From: Negaprion brevirostris
Taxonomy: Eukaryota
Assembly: GCA_030324005.1 (NCBI GenBank)
Contig: JARDVH010000031.1
Coordinates: 62,544,417 to 62,608,416, forward strand
DNA length: 64,000 nucleotides
Direction of reading: 5' to 3'
Shown here: in pieces, positions 1 through 13,226 of the stretch
Layout of the letters: every line of letters begins with the position of its first letter
Position numbering within the stretch: position 1 is the stretch's first letter
The notes under the pieces: model-generated
What the model was told of the DNA's origin: nothing
The model's input: the letters and a program-made list of their open reading frames with translations, nothing else
Databases searched by the model: none
Position numbers and translations under genes: made by a program

Positions 1-489
1 GACCTAGCTTGAATGGGATAGGACGAAGCTCACCGGAAGAGGGAGTTTGCATTGGTTAGGTTTGACACTGCATCACAATTAACAGTGATGTAATTGAATA
101 TATGTGCAAAGTGCTATAGAATCACATTAAATTCCACCAATGCATTAGAATCCCAGCCAATGGGTGGGATTTTCAGGTTGCACTTGCCTTGAAACTGGAA
201 AATCCCGCCCAAGGTCAATGGACCTTTCCATGATCCATCCCGCATCCAATGATTCCCATGGCAGGAGGAACGGGGAAATTTGCCCCAGTGTCTCTTGAAA
301 ATCTTATAGGTATTAACTCTCGGAAAACATTTAAAATTTAGTGTATAGAAGAAAAGCCCTCAGTAGCCACAGTACAACTAACTGCATTTTAATAGATGTG
401 TTAGTTTAATGCAGTTCCAATGTAGTTACCACACTCTGATTCAGCATGTAAAATGTATTGGTATCCTAAATCTAATGGGATAACCATCA

Positions 490-1920
490 CGGATTTGTAA
501 ACAGCAGGTCATGCTTGACAAAATGGATTAAACCTTTTGACGAGGTGACTAAAGATGGACAAGGGAATGTCTATGGATATTATTTGTATGGACTTCCTGA
601 AGACATCTGATAAAATCCCTCAAGTGACTGTCAACCAAAGGTGAAGTACACAGAATTGAAGGCAAACTACTGACCTGTTAGGAAATTGGCTAAGTGGCAC
701 AAGACAGAAATTAGGGATGATGAGCAGGTACACCAGTTGGTTTGATCATGACTTGTGGCATCCTGGAAGATTCTGAGTTCGGGGCCTCAGATATTCACCA
801 AATTTGTAATGAACATAAGAAATAGGAGCAGAAGTAGGCCATCTAGCCCTTCGAGCCTGCCCCGCCATTCAATAAGATCATGGCTGANNNNNNNNNNNNN
901 NNNNNNNNNNNNNNNNNNNNNNNNNNNNNNNNNNNNNNNNNNNNNNNNNNNNNNNNNNNNNNNNNNNNNNNNNNNNNNNNNNNNNNNCAGCAAATTTCGT
1001 CACCCTACACTCAGCCCCCTCCTCCAGATCATCTATATAAATGGTAAATAGTTGAGGCCCTAGCTATTTACTGGGGCCTCAGCTAAATAGCTGGTAACCC
1101 AGCTATTTAGCTATTACCAGATGACAGGATTGAAAGCCACAAGCAAGTTTGCTGGTGACATGGACAGATGGAAATAAAAATTATGACATTTGATATTATG
1201 ACATTATATAAATTGGCAATACTGTGGTAAAGAGATTTCAATGTAGGTGAATGTGACGTTATCCACTGTGGCCCTAAAAAGAATAAGTAGATTCTAAATG
1301 GGAAAACGTTAGAAAGAGTGGAGGTTCAAAGAGACGTGGGGAGGTCAAAGTACGTTGCTCATTACAATGTCAATAACACAGTACAGAGAATAATAGAAGA
1401 GATTCATGGAATGCTGGTTTTTGATATTCAAAGGGTTAGCGTAAAGCCGGGCAAGTGGGTAGGGTAAAAGTCATGCGAGAGCATTAGAGAGTCCTATTTA
1501 GACCCTATCTTGAAGTACTATTCAGTCATTCTGTGTGCACCTCAGGAAATATATATTGGTCTTTGAAAGAGTGCAGTGAAGGTTTATCAAAATGATACTC
1601 AACTTCAGGAATTAAATTGCAAAGAGTTGTAATGCAGAAATTTAGACAGTCAAGGAGTGATTTGATTAAGCTTTTCAAGATGTTATGGGGAACTATTGCG
1701 AGTAGTTTCTACCTACCATGTGGTGAAAGTAGTTTGAAATTTTTACGCAAATGAAAACTAGTGCTACAGTAAAGGCAAATTTTAACTTAGATTAAGAAAC
1801 GTTGTCAAAAGCACACAGGGCAAAGGTGGATACATGGCATTGAATCACAGATCAACCATGATCACAATGAATTGTGGAATAAGCTCAAGCAGCTAAATGC
1901 CCACTCCTGTTCCTATAACA
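490..1920 (+). mobile_element. Old CR1 RT and 3' end, interrupted by a younger inverted CR1 (about 810-1060, minus strand)
   Basis: GFVNSRSCLT-like at 491; RT resumes at about 1120; the inserted copy begins with the reverse-complement CR1 tail gaacataagaaataggagcag. Confidence 0.8.
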
Positions 1921-2934
1921 GGAACTGCTGAACTGTATATTTAATTCATTCTAATTTAAAGTATTATTTTCAAAGACTGATTTTATTCAGATATACTAAC
2001 TGCTGCTCTGAAGATAGCAACACTGTAATGTTCTTTCAGGGATATTTATCTGCATTTACAGATTCAGGAACCTATTACTCCCAAATCTTTCCATTATTTC
2101 AGTCTTTGATTTCTGTGTTACTAATTTTGAGCAAGGCCAATATAGGTCAAGTAGCCAGGGTCATAACAAAAGGTTATTGAGCTGAAACACAACTCAATTT
2201 CTCACTCCAAAGATGCTGCATGAACTGAATATTAACAGCATTTTCTGGTTTTCTTTAATCAAGGTCAATGCTGAATTATTTAACAAACGATCAAAGACTG
2301 TTTTGTATTCTTTGAATTCCTGGAATCCAACAACTTTGTGCCAGCTCCTAATATTTTATGTTAGACCAGCTTTCTCATGGTAAACATTCATAAATGTAAT
2401 GAATTTAATTGCCCAAGTATTGGGAACTGACTCCCAGAATCCAAGCTAAATGAATATAAAAGTAGCTATGAAGAAAAACATTATTTATACAGTATTTCCA
2501 TTTATACCAAGTGCTTCAAATCAAATTAGTTTAAAATCATTGTCAACGTTACATCAGTACAAAGCCCACAAGATTCAAGAAACAAACAAGGAAATCAGGA
2601 GAAGCAAATGGTCTTTTTAGAACAGCATCTTTAGATTTTATACACCGGCGCTGACAGGTACTTCAACATCTGTGAACCAGACTGAAGTGCCAAATAATAG
2701 AGTCAGGATTGAACTATAACTCTTTTGACTTTGAAAAGAGGGTTGTTATTTGAGCTAAACTTCATCCCAAAGTACAAAATCAGATATGCAGACAGTCTGG
2801 TGTTTTGATATGATTTACTCGAGACAGGTTTTTGAGCTAATTGCACTCCAGAGTCCATTATGCCAATACTTACCTGATCAACCTCCTATTTTTCCTCTTA
2901 GATAAACGTGAACTTTGGATTTATCCCCCTGAAT

Positions 2935-3260
2935 TTCATAGAATCCCTACAGTGCAGAAGGAGGCCATTTGACCCATCAAGTCTGCACCGTCTATTATCC
3001 CACCCAAGCCCTNNNNNNNNNNNNNNNGGCCCTAACCTCTTAACCTCGCATATTTACCCTGCTATTCCCCTGACCCTAGGGTTAATTTAACATGGCCAAT
3101 CAACTTAACCCGCACATCTTTGGACTGTGGGAGGAAACCAGAGCACCCAGGGGGAGTCCACACAGACATGGGGAGAAAGCGCACACTCCACAGACAGTCA
3201 CCCAAGGCCGGAGTCGAATTTGGTCCCTGGCGGTGAGGCAGCAGTGCTAACCACTGTGGT
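2935..3260 (-). repeat. HE1/V-SINE-like tRNA-derived SINE
   Basis: tRNA head with A/B boxes on the minus strand, V-domain gggtttcctccgggtgctccggtttcctccca, CR1-derived tail. Confidence 0.88.
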
Positions 3261-3388
3261 ACCTATAATCTCTTGCTTTTCTCTCTCTCCCTTTAAAGGG
3301 TGTCTCTGGTTAAGCTTTTTGCTTGCCTGTCTCAAGAAGCACTTTGATGTAAATACAGCTCATAGAAATATAAGTTTTGTTACTGTAC

Positions 3389-3532
3389 CTTTACAGCCTT
3401 CGCTGTTTCCAGGGACTGCTCTGGGGGTATTCCCACCTCTCGATCTCTCAAAAGTTGCTGGATGAAGTATGTAATATCACGACCAGCAATTGGAATGTGT
3501 TTGATGCAACTACCAATCACGTACCCTTCAGC
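3389..3532 (-). CDS. ACTR3: ACTR3 exon 7 ([48 protein letters not shown]); later exons lie outside the window
   Basis: 144 nt; polypyrimidine tract plus AAG acceptor, donor AAG|GTACAG. Confidence 0.97.
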
Positions 3533-4469
3533 CTTTTAAGGGCAAGAAAAGAGAAAATTGTGTTAAATATTACTAGTTCAGACATTGAGCACTTGAAATA
3601 GCTCAAAACTGCTGAAAACCTCAAGATCCTTCCATTCATCCCAATTTTGGCATAGATTTACATCCACTTCAATTTCAAGACAGTAGAATTAATTTGTATC
3701 GGGGAAATGCATTACTTGAAGGAACAAAATTATTCAGAAGGCTGTTTCTATTTGATCTCGTGGTGTTATCACATTCATAAAATTACGAATATACTGACAT
3801 CACTTTTTTACTCAGGTGGATTGAAGATATCTGGAATTTCAAATCCCTCTATAATCTTGCTCTAACGTATCTCTACAACTCCTCATAATAATGATTTAAA
3901 AGCAACCCAGAAGTATTGAGACAGAAATCGAAACCACTTGGCAATAAATCAATGAACTTGGCAATCAATTGGGTCAAGAATTAAAATCTCAGCAGGGTGG
4001 CAGTGGTAATAAGCAAAGGTCAGCAACTAAAAATTAAAAGATCATTTATTTTACAATATGAAAAAAAAGCACAAATCAGCTTATAGTGTCTGAATTGTTG
4101 CAGTCAATTTCTTAGGAGTGATGGGGCTGAATGATATAAAGAACAAAGAAAATTACAGCATAGGAAGAGGCCCTTAAATCCTCCAAGCCTTCACCAACCA
4201 TGCTGCCCAAGTGAACTGAAACTCCAGAGAACAAAGAAAAGTAGCACAAGAAAGGCAGGATGGGAAGCAGAATTGGGATAAACAACAAGAAATGACTGCG
4301 TGGGCAGAATAGGTAAATAGGAAGTTGTAAAAACAAAGAGTTGTAATTTCAACAGTTATGCATGCTCAGGAAACTCATGCTTACTGTATGTAAAACTTGT
4401 GGTACAGAACATTAGACGTTCACTATGTCGATGATTAGTTGGTCATTGTATCGATATAGGCAAAAATAA

Positions 4470-4938
4470 TCTGAACTAGTTTATGAGGAGAGATTAAATA
4501 GACTGGGCCTGTACTCGTTAGAGTTTAGAAGGCTGAGGGGGGAATCTTATAGAGACTTACAAGATAATAAAGGGGCTAGATAGGGTAGAGGTAGAGAGAT
4601 TCTTTCCACTTAGAAAGGAAAACAGAACCAGAGGGCACAGCCTCAAAATAAGAGGGGGGGGGGGGGCGAGCGAGCGGCAGTTTGAACAGANNNNNNNNNN
4701 NNNNNNNNNNNNNNNNNNNNNNNNNNNNNNNNNNNNNNNNNNNNNNNNNNNNNNNNNNNNNNNNNNNNNNNNNNNNNNNNNNNNNNNNNNGATAGACAAG
4801 GGAATTAAGGGTTGTGGGGAGAAAGCGGGCAAGTGGAACTGATCCACTTCAGATCAGCCATGATCTTGTTGAATGGTGGAGCAGGCTCGAAGGGCTAGAT
4901 GGCCTACTCCTGCTCCTATTTCTTATGTTCTTATGTTC
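4470..4938 (+). mobile_element. Young CR1 3' end
   Basis: RLGLYSLEFRRLRG..YKIIKGLDRV; canonical tail ending ttcttatgttcttatgttct. Confidence 0.9.
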
Positions 4939-5559
4939 TGTGTAGTGATAACAGGACTCAGACTTTGGTACAGTGCAAATTTTTCATTAATGTGCATATA
5001 CATGGCTTCCAAGGTGGCAGTAAGAGCTTTGACAAAATGCATTCCACGGTATACAGATATACACATATGGGTATGTTTAGTGATGTCACAGGCTTTCTGC
5101 ATGACAGTGCATGCTCTGTGCAAGCACAAATATTTTCCACCTCCAAATAGACTTGGTCCAAGAACATTTTTTCTCTCTCCCTGGATTCTACTGTATCAAC
5201 TCTATTATCTGGTGTCAACACACTATATCCATATATTAAATTACAGCTTTCCAAGTTGTCCTCGACTAAACCAAATTTCATTTCACTGTAACAGAGCTCA
5301 TCTTACAGTTCAACACTTACCAACTGCTTAAAGCATTTATTCAATTTAACCTCAAGTCACTACCCTCAACACAAGGAAAAAAAAGCCATTGAGCTTTGAA
5401 AGACTGTTCCGCCTTTCAATTAGATCATGATGCATCTAACCCTAAATTCATTTCACACTGTGCAAAAGCTTCAGCAAGCTATTATGTGAATGATTTTTTT
5501 GAGCAACACTCCACAAGTTACTGAATCCCTCATCATTGAGCACCCTTGTGGAAGGAGTC

Positions 5560-5745
5560 ATCCCAGTGGCCTGGTCAAGATTTGCTCCTCACCAGTAAAG
5601 GATATTATTTGTCTATAATATTGTTTGTGGGATTTTGCTGTGTTTCATACACCTCAACAGGGGTCACATTTCAAATGTACTTCATTGGATATAACACACT
5701 TTGGGATATCCTGAGGTTTTGAAAGGCATTGCAGAAATATCAGCC
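5560..5745 (+). repeat. DeuSINE (SacSINE1-like) 3' part; other decayed copies at about 45290-45530(-) and 38800-39080(-)
   Basis: tgtttgtgggattttgctgtg..gtacttcattgg..ctttgggatatcctgaggt..gaaaggc. Confidence 0.65.
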
Positions 5746-5749
5746 AGAG

Positions 5750-7830
5750 GGAATGACCTTTCCCTGCCAAATACAAAAACCCTTAATTTAAAAATCATCA
5801 TTTCCTTCTGTGCTCCAGTGGAAATCATCTCAGTGTTGCCGGTTCCTCTTCATAGTTTCCTATCCCTGGCAAGATAATACATTTTCTGGTTTAATGCCCA
5901 TAACTGTAGATAGTATTCTAACTAAGATTTTGTAAAGATACAATATTGCTTTTTGTACTTTAAAATCACTATATATAAAATATGTAATTGCATTGTTTGT
6001 TTTTTAATTACTTTCCAACTGACCACAATATATTTTAAAAAACTCTTTCCAGTAAGAACTTCTCAACTTCCATGACATTGGCCCATGCATATCTACTGTA
6101 AAGTGCATTTGACTCACTTGTCCATTCTGCTAACCTGTCTGTCTTACTCAAATCTTTTACAATCATTCTCAGTTTTGCCAAATTTTCCACTTGTGTACCA
6201 AAAGCAAATGGATTGTAGTCTGTACATCCATGTACAAATCATCTGTATATACAGCAACAAAAGTGGACTTAGTTCTGATTATGGGATATTACACTATGAA
6301 CCACCTCCAGTCTGAACAACAATTTGCCAACACCTAAATATTTTCTATTGGAAAAACTACTTTCCATCAAAGCTAAATGTTTTCTTATAGCATAGGGCAG
6401 ATTATTTTACTAACATGCACTGACTTTTTTTAGGCTATGGGTTGATAGATATCTAGTTTTGGCAATGTGGTATTGTACAGCTCAATTTGGGCTAACCATT
6501 TGGTTTGCTGCAATTCTTAATAATGCTCATTTTCCATTGGTTTTTCAAAATGTGGTGCTTTCAGCTATTCACTTCTCAACCTTGGTCACTTTATAACTGT
6601 TTCTGAAATGACGATTAGATCTAAACCATTTATTCTATTTGGGCCATGAGTTTATTCATCTCACCAGGAATACTTCAAGCATTCAGGTAGAGATTTAAAT
6701 TGCATTTTTTACTCTTATTCCCATGAATCTTACACATATAATATTAAATTCCTTTCCTCTTGTCCCACCCCGCTTGCCTTTAACCTAATCTCTACCTTGT
6801 TCTGTTGCCTCAACTTTGCTTTCAATTTCTAAATTTTCCTTCAGCTGAACTCTCCACCCCAGTCTTTTATTTTAAAAGCTATATCCAAAGCCCCAGTAAT
6901 ACAATTCGCCAGGACAATGATCCCAGCCCAGTTGAAGTGGAGTCCATCTCTTTGGCGTAACTCTCTCTTTCAATCAAAACTCTGTCCTCCCACACCATTC
7001 TTACAGCCACACTTTTAACACTGATTGACTTGATTCTATGGTACCTGGCCCATGGCTTAGGCAACAATCCAGAAATCATTATCCATGACAAGCTTGGACC
7101 ATAATTCCTCAAACTTTCCTGGCAAACATCATTCCTAGTTCCACTCATATTGTTGGACCCAAACAACTGGATCCTCCCACTCCAAGTTTATCTTGAACTG
7201 TGAAGGAAACGTCTTTGACCGCGACAGACAGCACAAAATTCAGAACTCCTAGCTGCAGAGAAATATCCATTCCCCTGCTATACTGTACCTACCATATTCC
7301 TTTTAAGTCTTTAAATGTCATTTGAACCATGGTGCCATGATCTTTTTTTTATCCACCCCACAGTCCATGTTCTCATCCACACAGGTTGCAAGTATTCTGT
7401 ACTTACTGGTCAAAATCAAGGGCTGAGGTGCCACTATTACATCATGCTGTATCACCATAATAACTCAAGTCATAATTACACCCTCCTGTCCCTGACCATT
7501 GGTCAACTGTAAACTTCTACTTAACCTAAGGTTCTGCCTCCCAGAACAAAGCACCCAGGTAATGTTTGTCCTCCCTGATGCACCACAATGTCTGCCATTC
7601 AACAACTTAAACCAAAGTCACTTAAGTTGCAACCATTTCCCACAGATATGGTCGTCCAGGACTGCAATGCAATGCACCAACTCCAACATGTTCAGTCAAG
7701 ACATGCCACATCTGTAAAAACAACAAGTTACAGTATTGTAACTTGGAGACAAAAGAAAAATATTCATCACCTACTGGAAAGAAATGATCAACTAGTGGGA
7801 AGAAAAAAACAAAAAGCAGCACCTCTACAG
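5750..7830 (-). mobile_element. Old CR1 LINE including ORF1 (Zn-finger and SGNH/GDSL esterase) and decayed ORF2
   Basis: Minus-strand remnants DDHICGK (about 7640), ISGLLPKPWA and DGLHFNWAG (6920-7090); endonuclease/RT remnants downstream. Confidence 0.7.
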
Positions 7831-7869
7831 TGCATTTCCATTTTACACAGTTCGAGTAGTACTCTGCTC

Positions 7870-8175
7870 CCAGATCATGTTGCGCTTGCCCTCACCATCT
7901 CTGCAATCACCTTCAGTCCTGTAACGTTCCAAGATCTGCACTTGAATTTGGGTCTCCTGCACATCTCGATTTTCATCACTCCACTGACAGCTGTGCTTTC
8001 AATTACATAGACCATAAAGCTAATTTTTCCTCCAAAACACATCTTCAAGCCTTTTTGAGCAGACATTTATTCACAGCTCCTTATGTGGTTTAATGTCAAA
8101 TTGTTTGATAACGTGCCTGTGAAATGCATTAGAATGTAGTATCATGTTAAAGGCACTATTTCAAAATGTGTTTTA
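7870..8175 (+). mobile_element. L2-like LINE 3' end; similar at 60320-60665
   Basis: Tail cctgtgaaatgcatt..gttaaaggcactat. Confidence 0.55.
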
Positions 8176-11100
8176 TTATGTCTAGTCTCTTTCTAATAAG
8201 CATCAAGGGATTGCTTAAAGAAAACATGTCTTATTCTAAAGTATAACTTTGTTCAAAGGCCCTTTAAACGTCAGAAAGCGCAACTGAAGCAAAGTAGAAA
8301 CAAGTCCTCTAAATAGGCCTACCCATGTGTCAAGTAAAGGTTAATTGTTGCCATCTTCAAATTGAAATCTGCTTAGATTGGCTACTGAGAATAAAGAGTC
8401 AGTTTTTCCCTTTAAAGTGGAGCAAAACCACTCAAGGTCACCAAAAAGCTGGAAACAGTTGTTCAGTTGTGGTATTTTTCCACTTTAGAAATGTGATATT
8501 TAAGCAAGTTCACAGAAAAATGCAGAATGTTTGGCAAGTACACCATGCATCCCTTTACTGTCCAAATATACTGATGATTTTCAGTTCCAGACATGAGCAT
8601 AAGGTAATCCTATTATTAGCTGTGGGCATGGTGAGGATGCTCAGAAACAAATATCTGACTGCCTATCCCTGGCAACAATTGGAGGAGACATTGAGGGTTA
8701 AAAACAAGAGAGGATGAAAAAACAGACGTGTTAATGACATTCAGACATGGTCCGACGGAGAATAAAGCCAAATAAACAGGACAAAGCAATGACCCCACTA
8801 AAGCTATGTGAAAATGAATGAACGACCTCATGTGACCATAAATGCAACCACTTGGCTGCCAAAGATCAATCCCAATAGCTCACACCGTAAACATCTGTCG
8901 TCAAGCTGTTTTCTACTTCTGATAGTTGAGCTCCTCACATTTATATACACCTGAACTTTGGGTACATACCATCTGATCCCTTTGCTTAGGCTGGTAAAGC
9001 TGCCACTCACAGGCTTGTAATCATTTGGGGAGGGGGGGGGTGGTTTGCTCAGTCAACTGGGCTCCCACAATGGCTCTCAACATCCTTTTTGAATTCCAGC
9101 ATTGCCATTGCACCACCCTGGTGTGGCAACTTAATAAATGTTTGCTCTTGAGAAAAGAGAGGTTGCCAAAAGAGATGATTGCAACATATTTTTAAAGAAT
9201 GACATCCAAGAAACAAATACCTTTGGTCAATGCATATTTTGGATTGAGTGCATAAAATAGTGCCATTGACTCTAGTTCTTACTTTTTCTGGCAGAGATTC
9301 ACCTTAAAACAAGAAATGCATACATTAACCAATTACTATCACCCAAAAATGACAGGGTTGAAAACAATATCACACTAATGGCTTTCATTTTGCATAAACC
9401 AAAGATTGTCATTTGTTTCACCATTACGTGGTGTATCACTACCAAAATGGAAAGTAGCAACTTAGGTCAGCGGCCATGTCAATTCCTCTTCCATTCAGCC
9501 TGTTGTTCCTCTTTTCCTTCTTTCTATTCTTCTTGATTTATTCACTACTTCCCCTTCAGTTTATTGGTAGCTTAACTGCTCTTTATGCACCCCTTCTATG
9601 TTTTCTGTTCCATCCTAACTGAATGCCAGCTTCCACTTTACTCATTTCTTCTGTAGCAGCTCCTGTCGATTTCATCTCCTGCTTCATAGAACTTGTGCCA
9701 TTTCTCATAGCCTCAGCATCAGCCATTCCCACGCACTCAAGTCAGCTTTTGCTGCACTTCCTCTTCAATATCAGCACCCACAACTCTGCTTGCAGAGTTT
9801 GAGTTTCTGCTGTTCTCCCTTCAGCATCAACTCCTGTCAGCTATTCCCACTCATCTCCTTTCAGTGGAAGCTCTGCCTGCTCTTCTCACTTCACCTGATA
9901 TCAATATCCATGGTTCTCTCTTCCCATACCAAAAAGATATCAATAGACAAAAACAACATATTGAAGATATAAAAAACTCAAGAAAACAAAAATGATTCAA
10001 AAGGAGCAACAAAAAAAGCAGGTAACATGACAAAAAGAAAAACTATTTTCATTATGGCTTTAGTTTTTCCAAATATTTCATCATTAATTCCACAAGCGAT
10101 TAGAATATAAAATGCTTGACGGCTTCTGTTTCCCATCCTTCAAGCTATTTGGCCTTGTTACCCGGCAATGCAGTAGCTCTAAATGCAACACATCAGGTTG
10201 GTTCTCTACTAAGCACAAGACTATAGGTACAGAACGAGAACATTGCTTGCAAGCAGAGGCAATGCTGTATGAGTTAAAATATTTATATCCGATCTTTGAA
10301 AGTTTTGTACAGATTCATTTATTGGCAGCTAAAACAAAACCTTCCGTAAAAGGAGTGAAGAATGCCAGTTTTGTTTGGTTATATCCTCAAGCTGATGAAA
10401 TGTTATAAATCTTACTCCTATTAGATGAATGTTTTTAGACAATGATTGGTTACAGAAAAACTCTAAAATACCTGACTGTGAAGCACGTAGCAAAGTATAG
10501 CATTCTCCACTTCAAAAATTCCTGGCTTGCAGTCTAATTCTAACAATTTACTTTAATGGACTAAGTTAATCATGGACAAGAGCAAACGTAATAAATGATT
10601 TGCTGGTCAAGTTTTTAAGATCAGCTGTCCTTCAAACCACAGGAAATTACATCATGTCTACTATAAAACCAGTCCACAGTAGTTCTTAGAACACAAAACT
10701 TCACTCGTTAATGCCATTTATGGTGAACACTCCTCTCCACATAATAAGGAAGCAATGAAGTAAGGGACACTTGATTGTGGCTATATCAGCATTAACATTA
10801 TGGAATACAAATTTCCAAATTAATTAACTCAGTGGCAAAAAAGTTTTCAGAGTACATAGACATTTCAATGATGTATGATGAGCCAATGAGAAATATTTTT
10901 AAACAAAATAAAATTTTAAAAATAAAGGGAATAAGAGAACAGAAAAACAATTACGTTGTAGCTGTTGTTTGGGAATTAGTGGTTTCCAAATATCCAGTTG
11001 TACATATTATAGACCAAAAAAGGTGTCTCCCTGCCCCCCTACACACAAACCAATCTGCCCTCTACTTTCTTTGACAATGGTTCCCTCAGTACTATCCATG

Positions 11101-12239
11101 AGGTCACATACATATGGCTAAACAATTTTGTAAGAAGTCTCACAACACCAGGTAAACCATTTTGCCAAAGGAGAAAGAGACAAAGCTGAAGCTTGATATC
11201 CTGAGACTCAACCATTCAGCATTGAAAATTACACATTTAACTTGTGAAAAATTACTGGCAGAAGTTCACAAGCGTTTGCCTCGACTCTGGAACACCGCAT
11301 CAGCGCACCAAGCAAAAACCAACCTATTTTGCAGTGTTTTAATTAATCAATTGATATTTGGAGCTAGGAGGGCTTTTAAAACCATCATTCTGAACTGCAG
11401 GGCACTCTTTACAAGTGACTGGCCTTGGGGAAAAACAAATCAGTGCACCCGGTTGCAATTTCCAGTTCCAACATAAAAAAACAGTTTTTCATTCAGGCAA
11501 ACTTTTGAGGTCATACATTTTTGTAAAACAATATTTTTTCAGCTACTAAGCAAAATCTCACTTCACATACAATGAAAATTGGACAAGCACAATTTCACTG
11601 GGATAAGAACTGGAGCAGTTCTCCCCCTTTCTACCATATTTATGTTCTTTGGTTGCTAGAAAAACAATTCCTGGAATAGCTATTTTGAAACAACTCCGCA
11701 ACGAATTAAAAGATAATTTGAGAAACAAGCAAATTGCTGCTATGATTAATAAAAAACTAACTAATCACAACAGAGATATCAAATTTATAGGAACATGAGA
11801 ATTTTTATCTATTCAAAAATTGAAATATAAATATTCAATTCTCCAAGACTGTGCCAATTTAGCCATCAGTTTCTCATACAATCACTTCATTGTTTCTTTT
11901 TAATTAAAACAGGTCTTGCTCTGTAACTGTACTGCTTTGTGCTTCTCTCCCTTTCTGTTTGTGTGCCCCTGGATACAATATCGCCTGAAACCCAGATTCC
12001 CACTGCCCTACCTTCTGGGTGACATCAACAACGTCCAGGAAAAAATAAATATTCTCACAGAAGAAAATTTATTCATGCAACAAATAGGACTCGCTAATAA
12101 ATAACAACTAATATTCATACGACATTCCAGGATCTACGGCAAGAAAAATGGTGTCAATGTTTTAGCTCACTGAGCAAAAATGTTAACTCTTTCTCACTCC
12201 AAAGACGATCTATCTCAGACTTCCAGCTTTTGTCTTGAC

Positions 12240-12905
12240 ACATGACAGGAAACAGTATATCAAGCTCTCAATAAGGGGATACCCAATTACTTTATAGACC
12301 CGATCTCAATGCACACATCTACAAAATACAAGTCACAAGACAATTTTCACCAGTATCAAAGTGGACAGTGGTGTTTCCCGCACTCCTATATGCTTCAAAA
12401 ACTTGGACAACCTACAGCTTGCACCTCTGTGGTGCCTTCACAAAATCTTTCAAATCTAGTGGCAAGAAAGGTGTCCACTTGCAAGCTTAATTGCTCAGTA
12501 TCAAGGCACTAATCAGTCAAAGCCAGGAGAGCCAGCCAGGACATATCACTCATACGGCTGACACCAGACTCCCAAAGCAACTATCCTACTCAGAGCTTGG
12601 TTGTGGTAGGAGACTTCCATGGTGACAGCAGCAATGCTTTCTTTGCAGTATCACTGAAGCAATAAAACATCTTTGCTGATTAATGGGAGATCTGGCTTGT
12701 GACCGACCAATAGGGAGAATGCCTATTTGAGAAGTATCAAGACAAAGAGACCAAGCAACCTATCTACCTAACCTTTGAAGTGCAACCTGTCCCACACATG
12801 GCAGAGTCCATAGGTCACACATTCGACTCAAAAGCTATTTCAGAACCAAGCCAAACCAGATTGAAAGCAGGTCATGCTCAATCCTAAGGGACTGCCTAAG
12901 AAAGA
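12240..12905 (+). mobile_element. Degenerate RTE-type LINE 3' end
   Basis: C-terminal Cys/His remnant (TCPTHGRV) and tail gtcatgctcaatcctaagggactgcctaagaa. Confidence 0.5.
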
Positions 12906-13118
12906 GGTTGATTAATTCAGCTAAACTACACAGATCAAATATTGAACTGCAATCTTCATAATCCATATGGCTTTCACATGGAAGTTATTAAAATTTGTTT
13001 AAAAGGTAGTAAGCAAAAATTTGTTACATTAACTGCTCAAATATAAGAACTGAATTTCAATCTGTTTCAATTTCGTAGATTTTAAGTGAGGCTTTGATGT
13101 ACTTTGAGAAACACTTAC

Positions 13119-13226
13119 CACTGGAATAACGTGTGTGACACCATCCCCGCTATCTATAACCGATCCAGTCAATGTTCGTTCTCCAACTTGTCGAGATGTC
13201 CATGAGGCAGCTAAGGCAAGCACAGC
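13119..13226 (-). CDS. ACTR3: ACTR3 exon 6 ([36 protein letters not shown])
   Basis: 108 nt; AG/GTAAGT boundaries; DSGDG phosphate-2 motif. Confidence 0.97.

Noticed and set aside
3200-3260. tRNA-like sequences with A/B boxes (also at other SINE heads)
   Set aside because: These are SINE heads, not intact tRNA genes
8325-9010. Overlapping 60-130 aa ORFs
   Set aside because: No recognisable domain or splice structure; consistent with chance ORFs
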